Positions 10,169 to 24,123 of a DNA stretch of 64,000 nt are shown piece after piece. Under the pieces are notes generated by a model. The model worked only from the letters and a program-made list of their open reading frames with translations, was not told the DNA's origin and did not search any database. The position numbers and the translations under genes were made by a program. Numbering within the stretch: position 1 is the first letter of the stretch; each line of letters starts with the position of its first letter. Origin of the DNA: Macrostomum lignano (Eukaryota); contig NIVC01001758.1 of the NCBI GenBank assembly GCA_002269645.1, positions 124,001 through 188,000 on the forward strand, written 5' to 3'.

Positions 10169-13100
10169 TCAGTGCCCCATCTTCTGCAGCTGCAGCTCTC
10201 GGTTAGCGAGTTCCAGCTTGATTCTCGACTCCTGCAGTTTAGTAAAATGCAACTGGGGTTCAAATGGCCGCTATTTGTGTAAGAGTAGTAGTATTACGTT
10301 ATTAGTAGTAGCAGTAATATTATTATTATTAGTAGTAGCTGTAGTACTATTACCCGTGTGGCCATCTGATCAGGTTTTTCGCCCGGTAGGCGATCGGGAT
10401 TTTTGCCCGGTTTGTAATACATTTTTTCCTATCTAAAAACCCGAAAATCCTCGGGAAAGTGGTCTCGAAAACGGACGAAGACGGCAGTTTCGTCTGGTTG
10501 TTCGTCAGGAATTTCGTAGAGGACATCAGGTATTTTCTCGGGTTTCTCTTCGGCTACTCAAACTGATGAGTACCCTGAATAAAACCCGACAAATGACCGG
10601 ATGAAAGTGCAATAGCAGAACCCAGCAAATAACCGGGGCAAAATCAGACTAAAACCTAACGAAAGCGACACGACGACCCAACCGGACGAATACCCGGAGC
10701 AAAATCAGACTAAAACCTAACGAAAGCGACACGACGACCCAACCGGACGAATACCCGGAGCAAAATCAGACTAAAACCTAACGAAAGCGACACGACGACC
10801 CAACCGGACGAATACCCGGAGCAAAATCAGACTAAAACCTAACGAAAGCGACACGACGACCCAACCGGACGAATATCTGGAGCAAAATCAGACTAAAACC
10901 TAACGAAAGCGACACGACGACCCAACCGGACGAATACTCGGAGCAAAATCAGACTAAAACCTAACGAAAGCGACACGACGATCAAACCGGACGAAAAACC
11001 CTGCATCCCTATCAAATGGTGTCTACTCTCGGAAATATGTAGTGCCGACTTAGTAAAACATCTACAGTGCGCTTCTGTCAACGGATACCGTGAAGAGTGA
11101 AGAAGTAAGACAATTGTCAGTGTTAATACAAAATATGTAACGTTCCATCTTGCAATTCATCAAACTGTTCCAAATCACCTACAAGATCAATATACTCCTC
11201 TGTTTTTTTTATTCCAAAGATGTTGTAGAATAGTCAGTAGGCGCATAGTCGCTAGTCATCTAGGCGCATAAATGCGGGAATTTAAAATCACTTCTGACTG
11301 GCCAAAAGTATGTTGGAATCCCCAAGTAGCATGCAGCCTTCAGAAATGTGTGCGATGACAGCATTAAAATGACATATTTTTATTCTCAGTTTACGTGAAC
11401 TACGCTCGTAATGTAACATACGAAGACGCTCATATGGTATATATAAAGATGAGCGGAAAAAATACTGCAAGAGAACAAAACAGGAGCACATTACAGGACA
11501 TGCAATTACAAGAAAATCTTCATGTCAATTGTCAATTATACACTGTGTCTCCCATACCATTTTCAACCCAATCCTGAATTAAAGGCTTTCATCAGCTCTT
11601 TTCTCCGGCTCTTGTCCGGTCGAAGAACCAGAGAAAGAACCGGGCAAAATTCCAGGCGGAATTGTTATTTCATCCGCTTTTACTCCGGATTTGCCTGCGT
11701 TACTAAACTGGTTCCAAACCTGGCGAAGGACCGGGTAAAAAACCAGAGCACTCGTACGGTTTTTCCTCCGGAATTTCGCCTGGTTTAGAAAGGCAGAGAA
11801 AAACCGGATAAATTCGCCTGGTTTATGTTCTTCGCCTGGAAATGGGGCAAAAAACATAGCAAGCCAGAGCAAAACCGGGCGAAAAACCTGATCGGATGGC
11901 CACACGGGTATTAGTAGAAGTATTGTTAGTAGTAGTAGTAGTAGTAGTAGCAGTAGTAGCAGTAGTAGTAAGTAGTAGTAGTAGTAGCAGTAATAGCAGT
12001 TAGTAGTAGTAGCAGTAATATTATTATTATTAGTAGCTCTGGTAGTAGTATTAGTAGCAGTATTGGTAGTATTGGAAGTAGTCGTAGTAGTAGTAACAGC
12101 AGTAGTATCAGCAGTAGTAACAGCAGCAGTAGTATCAGCAGCAGTAGTATCAGCAGTAGTAACAGCAGCAGTAGTAACAGCAGCAGTAGTATCAGCAGTA
12201 GCACTTACACTCTGTAATTTCCGTTCGAGAAAAGCAATCAAAGTGTCCCTGGCCTTGATCACCGAATAAAAGAAATAGGTGAACACCCTGCAAGATATTC
12301 GACAGGGAGTGGTTGATATTAAATTAGAAAAATGAAATTAAACTGATAAACAAGCTACTCACAGTAGTAGCAGCAGAGTGAGCAAATGAGTGGTTTGGTT
12401 GAGCACAGTGTAGGTATACACCAGCTTGGCGAAGTCCGAGTTGCTCCACATCACCCAGTTGGTGAGGGTATTGGCCATGTGGTAGTCTGACGGGGTCTGG
12501 TGGACCCGAAAAGGGCCGCAGCCTCTGGACGGGTGAAAGTGCAGTACGCAGATGGTCAGAGGCATCAGTAGCACAAAGAGGAACAGCAGCAGGACGTCTA
12601 GGAAGAAGCGCTCGAGTCGGGAAGCGCGGAAGGACTTGTTGCTGACCCGGACAAACCGGAGTGTGAACTGCGGGTTGGGCGCAATTATGAGGCTCAGAGA
12701 GTGTCTTAAAACGGATTGCAGGGGGGATCAGATCTCCAGTGGTAGAGATTTCCAATTTGGGGATCAAAATCCCAAATGGTAGAGATTTCCCGAATTTGGG
12801 GAACAAATTCCCAAATGGTAGAGATTTCCAATTTGGGGATCAAAATCCCAAATGGTAGAGATTTCCCGAATTTGGGGATCAAAATCCCAAATGGTAGAGA
12901 TTTCCCGAATTTGGGGATCAAATTCCCAAATGGTAGAGATTTCCAATTTGGGGATCAAAATCCCAAATGGTAGAGATTTCCCGAATTTGGGGATCAAAAT
13001 CCCAAATGGTAGAGATTTCCCGAATTTGGGGATCAAAATCCCAAATGGTAGAGATTTCCCGAATTTGGGGATCAAAATCCCAAATGGTAGAGATTTCCCG

Positions 13101-13692
13101 AATTTGGGGAACGAATTCCCAAATGGTAGAGATTTCTCAATTTAGGGATCAAAATCCCAAATGGTACAGATTTCCCAAATTTGGGGATCAAAATCCCAAG
13201 TGGTAGATTTCCCGAATTTGGGGATCAAAATCACAAATGGTAGATTTCCCGAATCGGAGAGTAAAAACCCCAAACATAGAAGAATAAGTTGTAAATCATC
13301 GTCAGACGAAAAAGTCACTGAGTCGACAATATTACGGGTTGGAAACACGCATCATCAGAAAAGCTTTAATCCTCACCCGTTTAACCTGGAACAGAAGGCC
13401 GTAGGACAGGCAGGCGATGGGCAGAATGACAGGGCAGAAGAATGCCCCGATGAAGCACACAGACTGGCGGTACACCAGGCCCAGGACTTCGTTGCTGATT
13501 AGCAGCTCAGACTGGGGCACCTGCGGTGTGAAAGGTTAGATAAGGAAATGACAGGAATATAAGAAAAATGAAAAGTAGTCGGCGACACAAAGCAAAGAGA
13601 CATAAGATGTAGAGGGAGTGAGGACAGAGGTAGAGCGAAAGTAAAGTGAGAGGTAGAGAAAGGGTAGAGTGAGAGGTATAGAAGGAGAGGGT

Positions 13693-13765
<73 letters not shown>

Positions 13766-16700
13766 AAGAGAGGTACAGGTACAGTGAGAGGGTAGTGAGA
13801 GTTACAGAGACAGTAAAGTGATAGGTGGAGAGGGATAGAGTTAGAGATGGAGAGATGGAGAGAAGTGGAGTGAGAGGTATACACGGCCGCACCTTGCTGC
13901 ACACCCGGCCGCCAACTTTAACGCTGAGCGCCCATCGCAGAGCATCCAGAGCGGGCGTGACCAGCAGGCAGATGAGCACATCGATGACCAGAGTCCTGTA
14001 CATCTGCTGGCCAACGTAGGTCTCCCAGCAGAGGCTCTCAACGCCCGGGCAGTTGCCGCAGCTGTCCCGCTGTTGAACAGAGCAGGACAGCACCACGCTG
14101 CCCGTTGTGATAATCAGCGTGGCGAACGACAGCAGCTTGAGGAAGACAACCCGGCCCAGCTGTACGAGGATTTCAACCGATGCCGAGTAATACTCGAATA
14201 TGATCAGCTTGCCCAGAACTAGGGGCACGGCTACGTTGATGAGGCTGATGGTGAGCTGGGGCATCAGGTCGATTAGAAGGCGGAGCGGAGCGGAGAGGTC
14301 GCGGCTGTTGGAGAAGCTGGAGTTGGGAGTTGAAGAATTATCTTATCGTCTCAGGATTTATTCCAAAAATTATTCTATCATTCCATAGGATTTATTTCCA
14401 AATTATCCCATCGTCCCATAGGATTTATTCCCCAAATTATCTCATCATCTTATAGGATTTATTTCCAAATTATCCCATCGTCCTTTATGATGATTTATTC
14501 CCCAAATTATCCCATCGTCCCATATGATGATTTATTCCCCAAATTATCCCATCGTCCCATATGATTAATTCCCCAAATTATCCCATCGTCCTATATGATT
14601 TATTCCCCAAATATCCCATCATCTTATAGGATTTATTTCCAAATTATCCCATCGTCCCATATGATTATTTATCCCCCAAATTATCCCATCGTCCCATATG
14701 ATTTATTCCCCAAATTATCCCATTGTCCCATATGATTTATTCCCCAAATTATCCCATTGTCCCATATGATTTATTCCCCAAATTATCCCATCGTCCCATA
14801 TGATTTATTCCCCAAATTATCTCATCATCCCATATTATTTATTCCCCAAATTATCTTATCGTCCCATATGATTTATTCCCCAAATTATCTCATCATCCCA
14901 TAGGATTTATTCCCCAAATTATCCCATCGTCCCATATGATTTTTTCCCCAAATTATCCCATCGTCCCATATGATTTATTCCCCAAATCATCCCATCATTC
15001 ATTGGATTTATTCCCCAAATTATCCTATCATTATTGGATTTATTCCCCAAAATACCCCATTAACTCAGTGGATTAATTTATAATCTCGTAGGATTCTATT
15101 TATCCCAAAGAAGAATTAGGGATTTTTATCCCGAACAATGTCCCCATTCCAGCCCTCACTATCTGTTCAGCCGGCTCTGCGATTCGATGGCAAAGTAGAT
15201 CAAATAGGCGGCAGCGCAGAATAATCCCACGGTTGCTAGGTTAGCCAGAGCCCTAGCAACCAGAGTAGCGGCCGATCTCGAGCGGGCTTTCAACTGCAGA
15301 TGCAGCACGACGCTGTGCAGCCGCATCGCGATGGTCCTTCGACGGAGCCGGGCCGCCTTCTCCGCTCGCAGGCCGCAGTCCCAGGCGGTGAACAGCTCGG
15401 CTGACAGCTTCGAGGCGCTGCGGGAGCTGCCGCTGCTTGAGGATGCCTGCGCGAGAGGGGTGGCTTTGCTCAGCGGGATGGCGCTCAAAATGGCACTGAT
15501 GGGGGGCAAAATAGCACTGATAAGGGATAAAATAACAATGATGGTGGTCCTAAATGGCACTGATGGTGGTCCTAAATGGCACTGATGGTGGTCCTAAATG
15601 GCACTGATGGTGGTCCTAAATGGCACTGATGGTGGCCCTAAATGGCACTGATGGTGGCCCTAATTGGCACTGATGGTGGCCCTAATTGGCACTGATGGTG
15701 GCCCTAATTGGCACTGATGGTGGTCCTAAATGGCACTGATGGTGGTCCTAAATGGCACTGATGGTGGTCCTAAATGGCACTGATGGTGGCCCTAAATGGC
15801 ACTGATGGTGGCCCTAATTGGCACTGATGGTGGCCCTAATTGGCACTGATGGTGGCCTTAATTGGCACTGATGGTGGCCCTAATTGGCACTGATGGTGGC
15901 CTTAATTGGCACTGATGGTGGCCCTAAATGGCACTGATGGTGGCCCTAAATGGCACTGATGGTGGCCTTAATTGGCACTGATGGTGGCCCTAAATGGCAC
16001 TGATGGTGGCCCTAAATGGCACTGATGGTGGCCCTAAATGGCACTGATGGTGGCCCTAATTGGCACTGATGGTGGCCCTAAATGGCACTGATGGTGGCCC
16101 TAATTGGCACTGATGGTGGTCCTAAATGGCACTGATGGTGGTCCTAAATGGCACTGATGGTGGCCCTAAATGGCACTGATGGTGGCCCTAATTGGCACTG
16201 ATGGTGGCCTTAATTGGCACTGATGGGGCAAAGTGGCACTGATAAAGGATACAATGGCACTGATAGGGAGTCAAATGGCGCTGATGGGGGTAAATGGCAC
16301 TGAAAAGGTAAAATGGCCTGATGGGGGTACAATGGCACTGATAAAGCTACAATGGCACTGATGGGGCTGGGGCAAAATGGCACTGATGGGGCTGGGGCAA
16401 AATGGCACTGATGGGGCTGGGGCAAAATGGCACTGATGGGGCTGGGGCAAAATGGCACTGATGGGGCTGGGGCAAAATGGCACTGATGGGGCTGGGGCAA
16501 AATGGCACTGATGGGGCTGGGGCAAAATGGCACTGATGGAGGAAATGGCATTGATGAAGAGGTAAAATGCCCCTGATAGGGCAGGTAAAATGGCACTGAT
16601 GGGGGGAATGGCACTAATGGGGGGGAATGGCACTGATAAAGAGGTAAAATGGCACTGATGGAGGGAATGGCACTAATGGGGGGGAATGGCACTGATAGGG

Positions 16701-18335
16701 GCGGTAAAATGGCACTGATGGGGGGAATGGCACTGATGAAGAGGTAAAATGGCACTGATGAAGTAAAATGGCACAGAGCACCGAGATTCTAAGAATGAGC
16801 AATCTAGCTTAAAGCTACAAAAGTGCTACTAAAAGTCATATAAACAATCAAATCTGATTTGGTACCTTGAGTATCTTTCGATAAAGCGAATTAGAAGTGC
16901 TCAAAGCGGCGCCGACACCGCAGGCGATCAATCCGATTAGCATAATTAGCATGGCCACGGGCGTGTTGAAATGTCCTTTATATACTACTGATTCTAAATC
17001 AGTAGAATTCTCGAACGCTGCCTCGGATTTGTTGAAATATGAGCCCAGAAATATTGGCACTGTGAGCATCCAGCCCTGCGCGTGTGTTGAGCGTTGATAA
17101 GATAGCTCGTAAGATAGATTAATGCGGCTTAATTTACTCTTAAGTCGCAATGCCATAGTTCAAACGTGTTCAACATGAGAGCCTTCCAGGAGCCTTTGTT
17201 GTCAAGAGAGGGGAGAGAACAAAAAGCAGGGCATTAACAACAGACTAGATAGCAGGGAAAAAAGAAAAGAAAACCAAGAAAAAGCACTGGTCGGTCCACG
17301 GTGGGCTGGACGGGACTGTACTTTGGGATGTACTCTAAAAATAGAAAACCAACGGGTTTCCCTTCTAGAATGTTGATTCTAGAATAAACGGTGAATCCGG
17401 TATCCTCTTGTCCAATGGCAGCGTCCCAAAACCTCACCCCTTACCCCTCTCACCCCCGTGGACCCCGAATCCTCTTGTCCTGTGGGGCATCAGCTGAGGG
17501 GGGTGACCGATGGGTGTGGGGCATCAGCTGAGTGGGGTGACCGATGGGACTGGGAGATCAGCTGAGTGGGGTGACCGATGGGTGTGGGGCATCAGCTGAG
17601 GGGGTGACCGATGGGTTTGGGGCATCAGCTGAGGGGTTGACCGATGGGTGTGGGGCATCAACTGAGGGGGGTGACCGATGGATGTGGGGCATCAGCTGAG
17701 GGGGGTGACTGATAGGTGTGGGGCATCAGCTGAGGGGGGTGACCGATGGGACAGGGGGATCAGCTGAGGAACATGGGAGAGTTTTTATCTGCCTGTCCAG
17801 TGTCCTGCATGGAAGCATTATCGTTTCATTAATACTCGTAATTATTGCAATGCAAGCCAAAAGCACCCAGCAACCAGCAAGCCCCCAGTTTGACTTATAC
17901 GCTAATATACTTGAATAATAATAATTATTATCGACTAATTTTATGACATGCTTGTGAACTTCATGTTTAGTGCTATAAATTAACTAATTTGATTTAATGC
18001 TATCTTAGCTTGTTACAACATAGTTTTGTCACATGCTATACGTTGTTTATCAAGTCGCATATTAATAAATATACTTTCATTACAAAAGAGCCTTTAGTAT
18101 TATCGTTTCTCGAAAACTGGTCCCTAATTATAATTAATCGTTTCTTAGAAATACCCAAATCGTATAAGAGAAGAAGAAAGCTACATCTCTAAACACTGGT
18201 CTTTGAAGTTGTCGATAGACGTTTTTCTACAAAATAAACTGGTGTCTTAGAAAGATGAGTTTCTATAAGACGGCTAATGTTAAAGACTTTGCATTTCATA
18301 GAAAGACAAATTTGCCAGAGAGAAGACAGAGAGAG

Positions 18336-18371
<36 letters not shown>

Positions 18372-19693
18372 CTAAGAGAGACAAAAACCCTGAGCGGGCC
18401 AGACTGCTATTGTGAAGTTTCAAAGGACCCGAGGGCCGGATTCTAAGAAAAAAGCAACACATACAGAACAACATCTCCCTCAGCTCACCCCGCCAGTGAA
18501 TAAATCGGTCACCGCAGCCAGGGCAGTCTGCTGACTGAGATTGGCAGCCCGGTCATGAACCAGCCGGGAGCACCGGACGGCCAGCCGCATGTCCGGCTGG
18601 GTGGCGGCCGCGACTGGATCGTCCAGTAGAATCTCCGCCGGCATTGTGGCCTCAAAGTTTAAATCGTTGCGCACAATCAAATAGGGGAACACGCAGCCGC
18701 CAAACACGATGCAGGACAATGCCAGGTTGAATACGAACAGCCAGCGAATGAATGAGAAATACGAGGCGCATCCGGCCCCGAATTTGCCTTCAATAGAGCG
18801 GAAACTCGACCTGTACAGGCCCAGGGTGAACATGTCGAATGCGTTAGCGAATACGTCCGACAGGCTGGTGTGAAACTTTTCAATGGACTGCCTGGCTCGC
18901 TTCCTGGCTGGCAGCTTCACGGCTATGGTGCGCATCCGGTACTGCAGGTTCTGCCTGCGCAATGGGGGGGGAGGATTGAATATCACCCAATTAGAATCTA
19001 CAAAAATTACCCCTAATTAGGAATCAACCTAAATGTTTCTAAAAAGAATCTACCTAAATCTTCCTAATTAGAAATTTACCTAAACCTCCCTAATTAGGAA
19101 CCTACCTAAATCTCCTTAATTAGGAATCTACCTAAATCTTCCATAGTTAGAAATCAACATAACTCCCCCTAATTGCAAGCTACCTAACCCCCCAACAACC
19201 AATCTAACGCTAAAGAATCCCACACCGCAAAGATCCCAATCCCCACAGCGCACCTCTCCGACCGCCGGCCCTCCATATGCGCCACCATAGACGGCAGGGC
19301 GTCGATCTGGTCCTGCACCAGCTCAGCGGCTGTCTGCTGAGCGGCCACCGTGTCTCCGCTGCCGAACTCCGCCGGCGGCGGCGGCGGCTGAGCTGCCTCG
19401 CCCTCCTCCAGCTCCGCAGGCGAGGCGGCCTCGGCCGCCGACACCAGCAGCGGCGCTGCCGACGTGCTCGCTTCGGCCTCGGCAGCATCGACAACATCGT
19501 CGACATCCTCGCCAGCCTCCAGCAGCTCCTGCAGTCGGCGCCTGTCGCGTCGTTTCTTGCGAACGCTGAGCGAATTGAGGAATTTCCTGTCTGACTCGCC
19601 TGGCAGCGCTGAGACTATCGAATCGTCCAGTTGGTCCTGCTGGTTGAGCGGACTCGAACCAACGACCTCGTTCTCGTCGGGCGAAAATTCCAT
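10169..19693 (-). CDS. Transmembrane channel-like (TMC) protein, 805 aa; exons 19693-19254, 18954-18489, 17075-16866, 15446-15160, 14316-13893, 13520-13377, 12667-12363, 12287-12209, 10231-10169
   Basis: TMC motifs IEGKFGAGCASYFSFIRWL, LFTAWD, CWETYVGQQMY, EVLGLVYRQ..IGAFFCP, KSFRAS, PSRGCGPF. All eight introns are GT-AG and the exons sum to 2418 nt with no internal stop. Paralog not assignable by eye. Confidence 0.92.
10353..11908. mobile_element. Non-autonomous TIR DNA transposon (CCCGTGTGGCCA... ends, TA flanks; CACTA/EnSpm-like)
   Basis: ~34-bp TIR CCCGTGTGGCCATCYGATCAGGTTTTTCGCCCGG at both ends; both flanks read TATTA; internal 61-bp tandem array. Superfamily assignment is inference. 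Confidence 0.8.
10640..10995. repeat. 61-bp tandem repeat, ~6 copies, inside the TIR element
   Basis: Unit starts at 10640, 10701, 10762, 10823, 10884, 10945. Confidence 0.9.
11909..12200. repeat. (TAG)n/(CAG)n-type microsatellite
   Basis: Directly visible; source of the poly-L/T/V ORFs. Confidence 0.9.
12735..13260. repeat. 39-bp quasi-palindromic minisatellite (GGTAGAGATTTCCCGAATTTGGGGATCAAAATCCCAAAT)
   Basis: About 13 tandem copies with 31-bp variants and no spacers; lies in TMC intron 6. Confidence 0.92.
13620..13870. repeat. (GA)n and GA-rich low-complexity tract
   Basis: Directly visible in TMC intron 5. Confidence 0.9.
14335..15065. repeat. 34-bp minisatellite (ATTTATTCCCCAAATTATCCCATCGTCCCATATG)
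   Basis: Tandem copies fill most of TMC intron 4. Confidence 0.9.
15490..16775. repeat. 22-bp (GGCACTGATGGTGGYCCTAAWT) then 25-bp (GGCACTGATGGGGCTGGGGCAAAAT) minisatellites sharing a core
   Basis: Tandem copies fill TMC intron 3. Confidence 0.92.
17490..17775. repeat. ~33-bp minisatellite (GGGCATCAGCTGAGGGGGTGACCGATGGGTGTG)
   Basis: About 8 copies in TMC intron 2. Confidence 0.88.
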
Positions 19694-20714
19694 AGTTAGG
19701 TTTGGCACAGCTAGGATTTACAAGACTCGGCCAGATAAACGGGGCGTCTGAAAAATGACAAAATGAACACGATTGCATCGATCTGGTTCGGATAAGATAC
19801 TACACACACGCATACATATATAGAGACTGGCGTCCTCTAGGTACGCCTTCGCTCCCTACATCTCACTACCTTTCTCTCCCTATATCTCCCCATTTTTTCT
19901 TCTATCTAACTTGTTCACAACGCATCTATCTCCCATACTCTCCCTGCACCCTCTCCTTTCCTCTCTATAAATCTTACTCTCCCTGTAATCTCCCATACTC
20001 TCCCTGCATCTGTCTCCCTTAGTCTCCCTGCATCTGTCTCCCTTAGTCTCCCTGCATCCTCTCCTTTCCTCTGTCTAAATCTCTTACTCTTCCTGCATCT
20101 GTCACCCAGCATCTCTCTTACCTGATCCCTGCATCTACTTACCCTCCCTGCATCTCTCTTACTCTCCCTACATCTCTCTTACTCTCCCTGCATCTCTCTT
20201 ACTCTCCCTGCATCTCCCTTACTTTCCCTACATCTCTCTTACTCCCCCTGCACCTCTCTCTGTCTCCATTCTCTCCGTATTAAAAATCCGAAGAAATTAA
20301 CCGAGCCAGGCCCTTATCAACGCACGTTCCAATTTGCAGTCAAATTCGAAAGTACGCAAAATAGACAGAAAATTAGTGGCAGTCAGTGAAGTCTGTAATT
20401 TTGTTATCTCCAGAACTAACTAACGTGAGTGCAGAGATTCGAGCTGTTTAGCTATAGCTAAATGGCGGTTTTGCGAACTTGGAGGCAACGCACATGCAAG
20501 AGCATTATTCCATACCCGTAAATTATATGAAGAAAGTAGTCGGTTCTCTTTTCCAGCTCACAGCTTTCAAATATTAGTAGATTCTGATATTCCATTTTTG
20601 CATTTACGTCTCACCCCCATTTCAATATCTCACTCCCCATCTCATTATCTCACCCCCATTTACCAACCTCACTATCTCAGCATCCCAACTCCCACTCAGT
20701 ACCTGATCCTACCC

Positions 20715-22230
20715 CACTATCTCACTCTCCGTCTCACTATCTCACTCTCCGTCTCACTATCTCACTCTCCGTCTCACTATCTCACTCTCCGTCTATCTCA
20801 CTCTCCGTCTCACTATCTCCCTCTCCGTCTCACTATCTCCCTCTCCGTCTCACTATCTCCCTCTCCGTCTCACTATCTCACTCTCCGTCTCACTATCTCA
20901 CTCTCCGTCTCACTATCTCACTCTCCGTCTATCTCACTCTCCGTCTCACTATCTCCCTCTCCGTCTCACTATCTCCCTCTCCGTCTCACTATCTCCCTCT
21001 CCGTCTCACTATCTCACTCTCCGTCTCACTATCTCACTCTCCGTCTCACTATCTCCCTCTCCGTCTCACTATCTCCCTCTCCGTCTCACTATCTCCCTCT
21101 CCGTCTCACTATCTCACTCTCCGTCTCACTATCTCACTCTCCGTCTCACTATCTCACTCTCCGTCTATCTCACTCTCCGTCTCACTATCTCCCTCTCCGT
21201 CTCACTATCTCCCTCTCCGTCTCACTATCTCCCTCTCCGTCTCACTATCTCACTCTCCGTCTCACTATCTCACTCTCCGTCTCACTATCTCACTCTCCGT
21301 CTATCTCACTCTCCGTCTCACTATCTCCCTCTCCGTCTCACTATCTCCCTCTCCGTCTCACTATCTCCCTCTCCGTCTCACTATCTCACTCTCCGTCTCA
21401 CTATCTCCCTCTCCGTCTCACTATCTCACTCTCTGTCTTATTATCTCACTGTCAATCTATCTCACTCTCCGTCTCTGTCTCACTATCTCACTCTCTGTCT
21501 TATTATCTCACTGTCAATCTATCTCACTGTCAATCTATCTCACTCTCTGTCTTATTATCTCACTGTCAATCTATCTCACTCTCTGTCTTATTATCTCACT
21601 GTCAATCTATCTCACTCTCTGTCTTATTATCTCACTGTCAATCTATCTCACTGTCAATCTATCTCACTCTCTGTCTTATTATCTCACTGTCAATCTATCT
21701 CACTCTCCGTCTCTGTCTCACTATCTCACTCTCTGCCTTACTATCTCATTCTCAATTTATCTCAATCTCCGTCTCACTATCTCCCTCTCCGTCTCACTAT
21801 CTCACTCTCTATCTCTGTCTCACTATCTCACTCTCTATCTCTCTATCTCTCTGTCTCACTATCTCACTCTCTATCTCTCTGTCTCACTATCTCACTCTCT
21901 GCCTTACTATCTCATTCTCAATTTATCTCAATCTCCGTCTCACTATCTCCCTCTCCGTCTCACTATCTCACTCTCTATCTCTGTCTCACTATCTCACTCT
22001 CTATCTCTCTATCTCTCTGTCTCACTATCTCACTCTCTATCTCTCTGTCTCACTATCTCACTCTCTATCTCTCTGTCTCACTATCTCACTCTCTGTCTTA
22101 CTATCTCACTCTCTGTCTATCTCACTCTCAATCCAACTAATCTCACTCTCAATCTCACTATCTCACTCTCCGTATAATTATCTCACTCTCCGTCTCACTA
22201 TCTCACTCTCCGTCTCACAGTCTCACTATC
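20715..22230. repeat. 20-bp CT-rich minisatellite (ATCTCACTCTCCGTCTCACT) with higher-order patterning
   Basis: Directly visible; generates the spurious 575-aa ORF. Confidence 0.92.
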
Positions 22231-22849
22231 TCACTCGTATACAGTATCATTCCACCTATCCGAATATTTCTAGAAAAGGCACTTATAAAAACTCAATAAA
22301 AATAATAAATGGTCAAAGATGTTAGCACTTACCAGAATTAATACTCTACTGTATGATTAGCTCGTAATTAGTAGTTATATAGCAATCTCTCGTATCATAC
22401 ACCCGTTTAGAACATACTCTTAAATTGAGTTTAAAAGCCAGACGGATACAGACAGAATCTTTCTTGGCTCTGTACAACCCAAACTAAATAAGGAGCTTTT
22501 AGACTTAAATAATGTAGGAGCGTACAGTGACGCACGAATTCTTCTACAATCTAATCCTGAAGAGATAAGGAGCGACATGTACATAAATCTAACTGGTCAA
22601 GGCAAACAAAAATGGCTAATTTGCTACTCACAAAAATCCCGGATCTCTTGAAGAAGCCAAACCGGCAAAGAGCCGGCGGCTAATCTTTAAGAGAAACAGC
22701 AGATAGCTGCGCTTCACAATCTGCTGAACTGCAATTAATAAAGGATAAAGTTTCAATAAATATGGAGCATGACTCATGCGTGTACAAATTCACTATAAAA
22801 AACTGGGAGTCGTTAGTTTTTAATGCGGAAAACTAACAACTCATGAAAT

Positions 22850-23135
22850 GCTTCAGGGATGCCACTAGCCCTCAGCCAAGCTCCTCAGGGATGTCACTAG
22901 CCCTCAGTCAAGCTCCTCAGGGATGTCACTAGCCCTCAGCCAAGCTCTTCAGGGATGTCACTAGCCCTCAGCCAAGCTCTTCAGGGATGTCACTAGCCCT
23001 CAGCCAAGCTCTTCAGGGATGCCACTAGCCCTCAGCCAAGCTCTTCAGGGATGTCACTAGCCCTCAGCTAAGCTCTTCAGGGATGCCACTAGCCCTCAGC
23101 CAAGCTCTTCAGGGATGCCACTCTCAAATCAATTA
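22850..23135. repeat. 32-bp minisatellite (CTTCAGGGATGTCACTAGCCCTCAGCCAAGCT)
   Basis: About 8 tandem copies. Confidence 0.9.
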
Positions 23136-24123
23136 CTTCAGGGATGCCATCCTCCACTTATCACTTCAAAGACGCCTACAAGCTTATAAAAAAATGAATC
23201 CACAATAATCACAAGTACATGATGTAAGTTTAAAAATCTGTTTTGTTCATTTTTTATTCAATAGTGAGTAGGTGGGAACTGAAGTCACTAATATTACTGT
23301 CTGTCACGCTCGATAAACTACACTGTATAATGTTAGTATGATATAGACCAACACAGATTTTAATTTCAATAGAGGAAATATAATATAAACATGCTAATAG
23401 ATAAAATATACAATAAACATGCATCGTCTAAAAAAACTTATTTGATCTATGAAGACACGAACTTTGTTTAACCGTAACCATAGAAACGTTGCTATCTCAA
23501 GAGTTCCAAGTAAATAAATAATAAATCAAGCAGAATATTATATAGTTTGGCACACGCTTTAATAAGTATATATCCGAAAAAGCAGCTGTCTAAATTTCTG
23601 TTTAATAAAACAAAGTTAAAAGAAAAAACAGGGTAAACAGAAAACAAATAAAGTGCAGAAAAAAGTACACTAAAAGATGAATTAATTGTTCAACTAATAA
23701 GTCACTCAATTCAGGCCTAAATATTAATATAGAGATTGTAAAATAATAAACTAATAAAACAACTGCATCAAGCAATTCGGCCAAGCACGCAATTCTTTGT
23801 GGCACTGTGAACAGAACTTTATAATAAATAGTAATAACAGGACCAGATATTTATTGGTGATGAATTTGTTTGTTCTTTAAAAGACGCTACAAAAGGCAGC
23901 AAGATGTCAGCTATGAATGAAAAAGGAAAATAAAAGGAGCAAAAGGAAGCGCAGAAGATAAGGTATTGTGACTGACTATAAATAAATTTCCTGATTAATA
24001 AGCGAACCATTTCTCTGGGAATTGATATTTATAAAAACTTTTCCTCACCAATTCACTACTCTAAGTAGGCTTTTAAGCATATTTAGAAAATCTTTCATTC
24101 AAAATCAGCCAACAGGTTGCGGC

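Noticed and set aside
10563-10610. Hammerhead ribozyme (CTGATGAG...GAAA)
   Set aside because: I could not form stem II or flanking stems around the core.
11579-12286. 235-aa Thr/Leu-rich ORF
   Set aside because: Only 12287-12209 is a real TMC exon; the rest reads through the donor into microsatellite and TIR sequence.
12735-13260. CRISPR array (also considered for 31538-32785 and 44960-45635)
   Set aside because: Units are contiguous with no unique spacers, there are no cas genes, and the context is a eukaryotic intron.
20598-22325. 575-aa ORF
   Set aside because: Translation of a 20-bp minisatellite, starts at TTG, no coding signal.
22425-22650. ~75-codon open frame (IEFKSQTDTDRIFLGS...DMYINLTGQGKQKWL)
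   Set aside because: No start, splice sites or recognisable family; probably an old TE fragment or chance.
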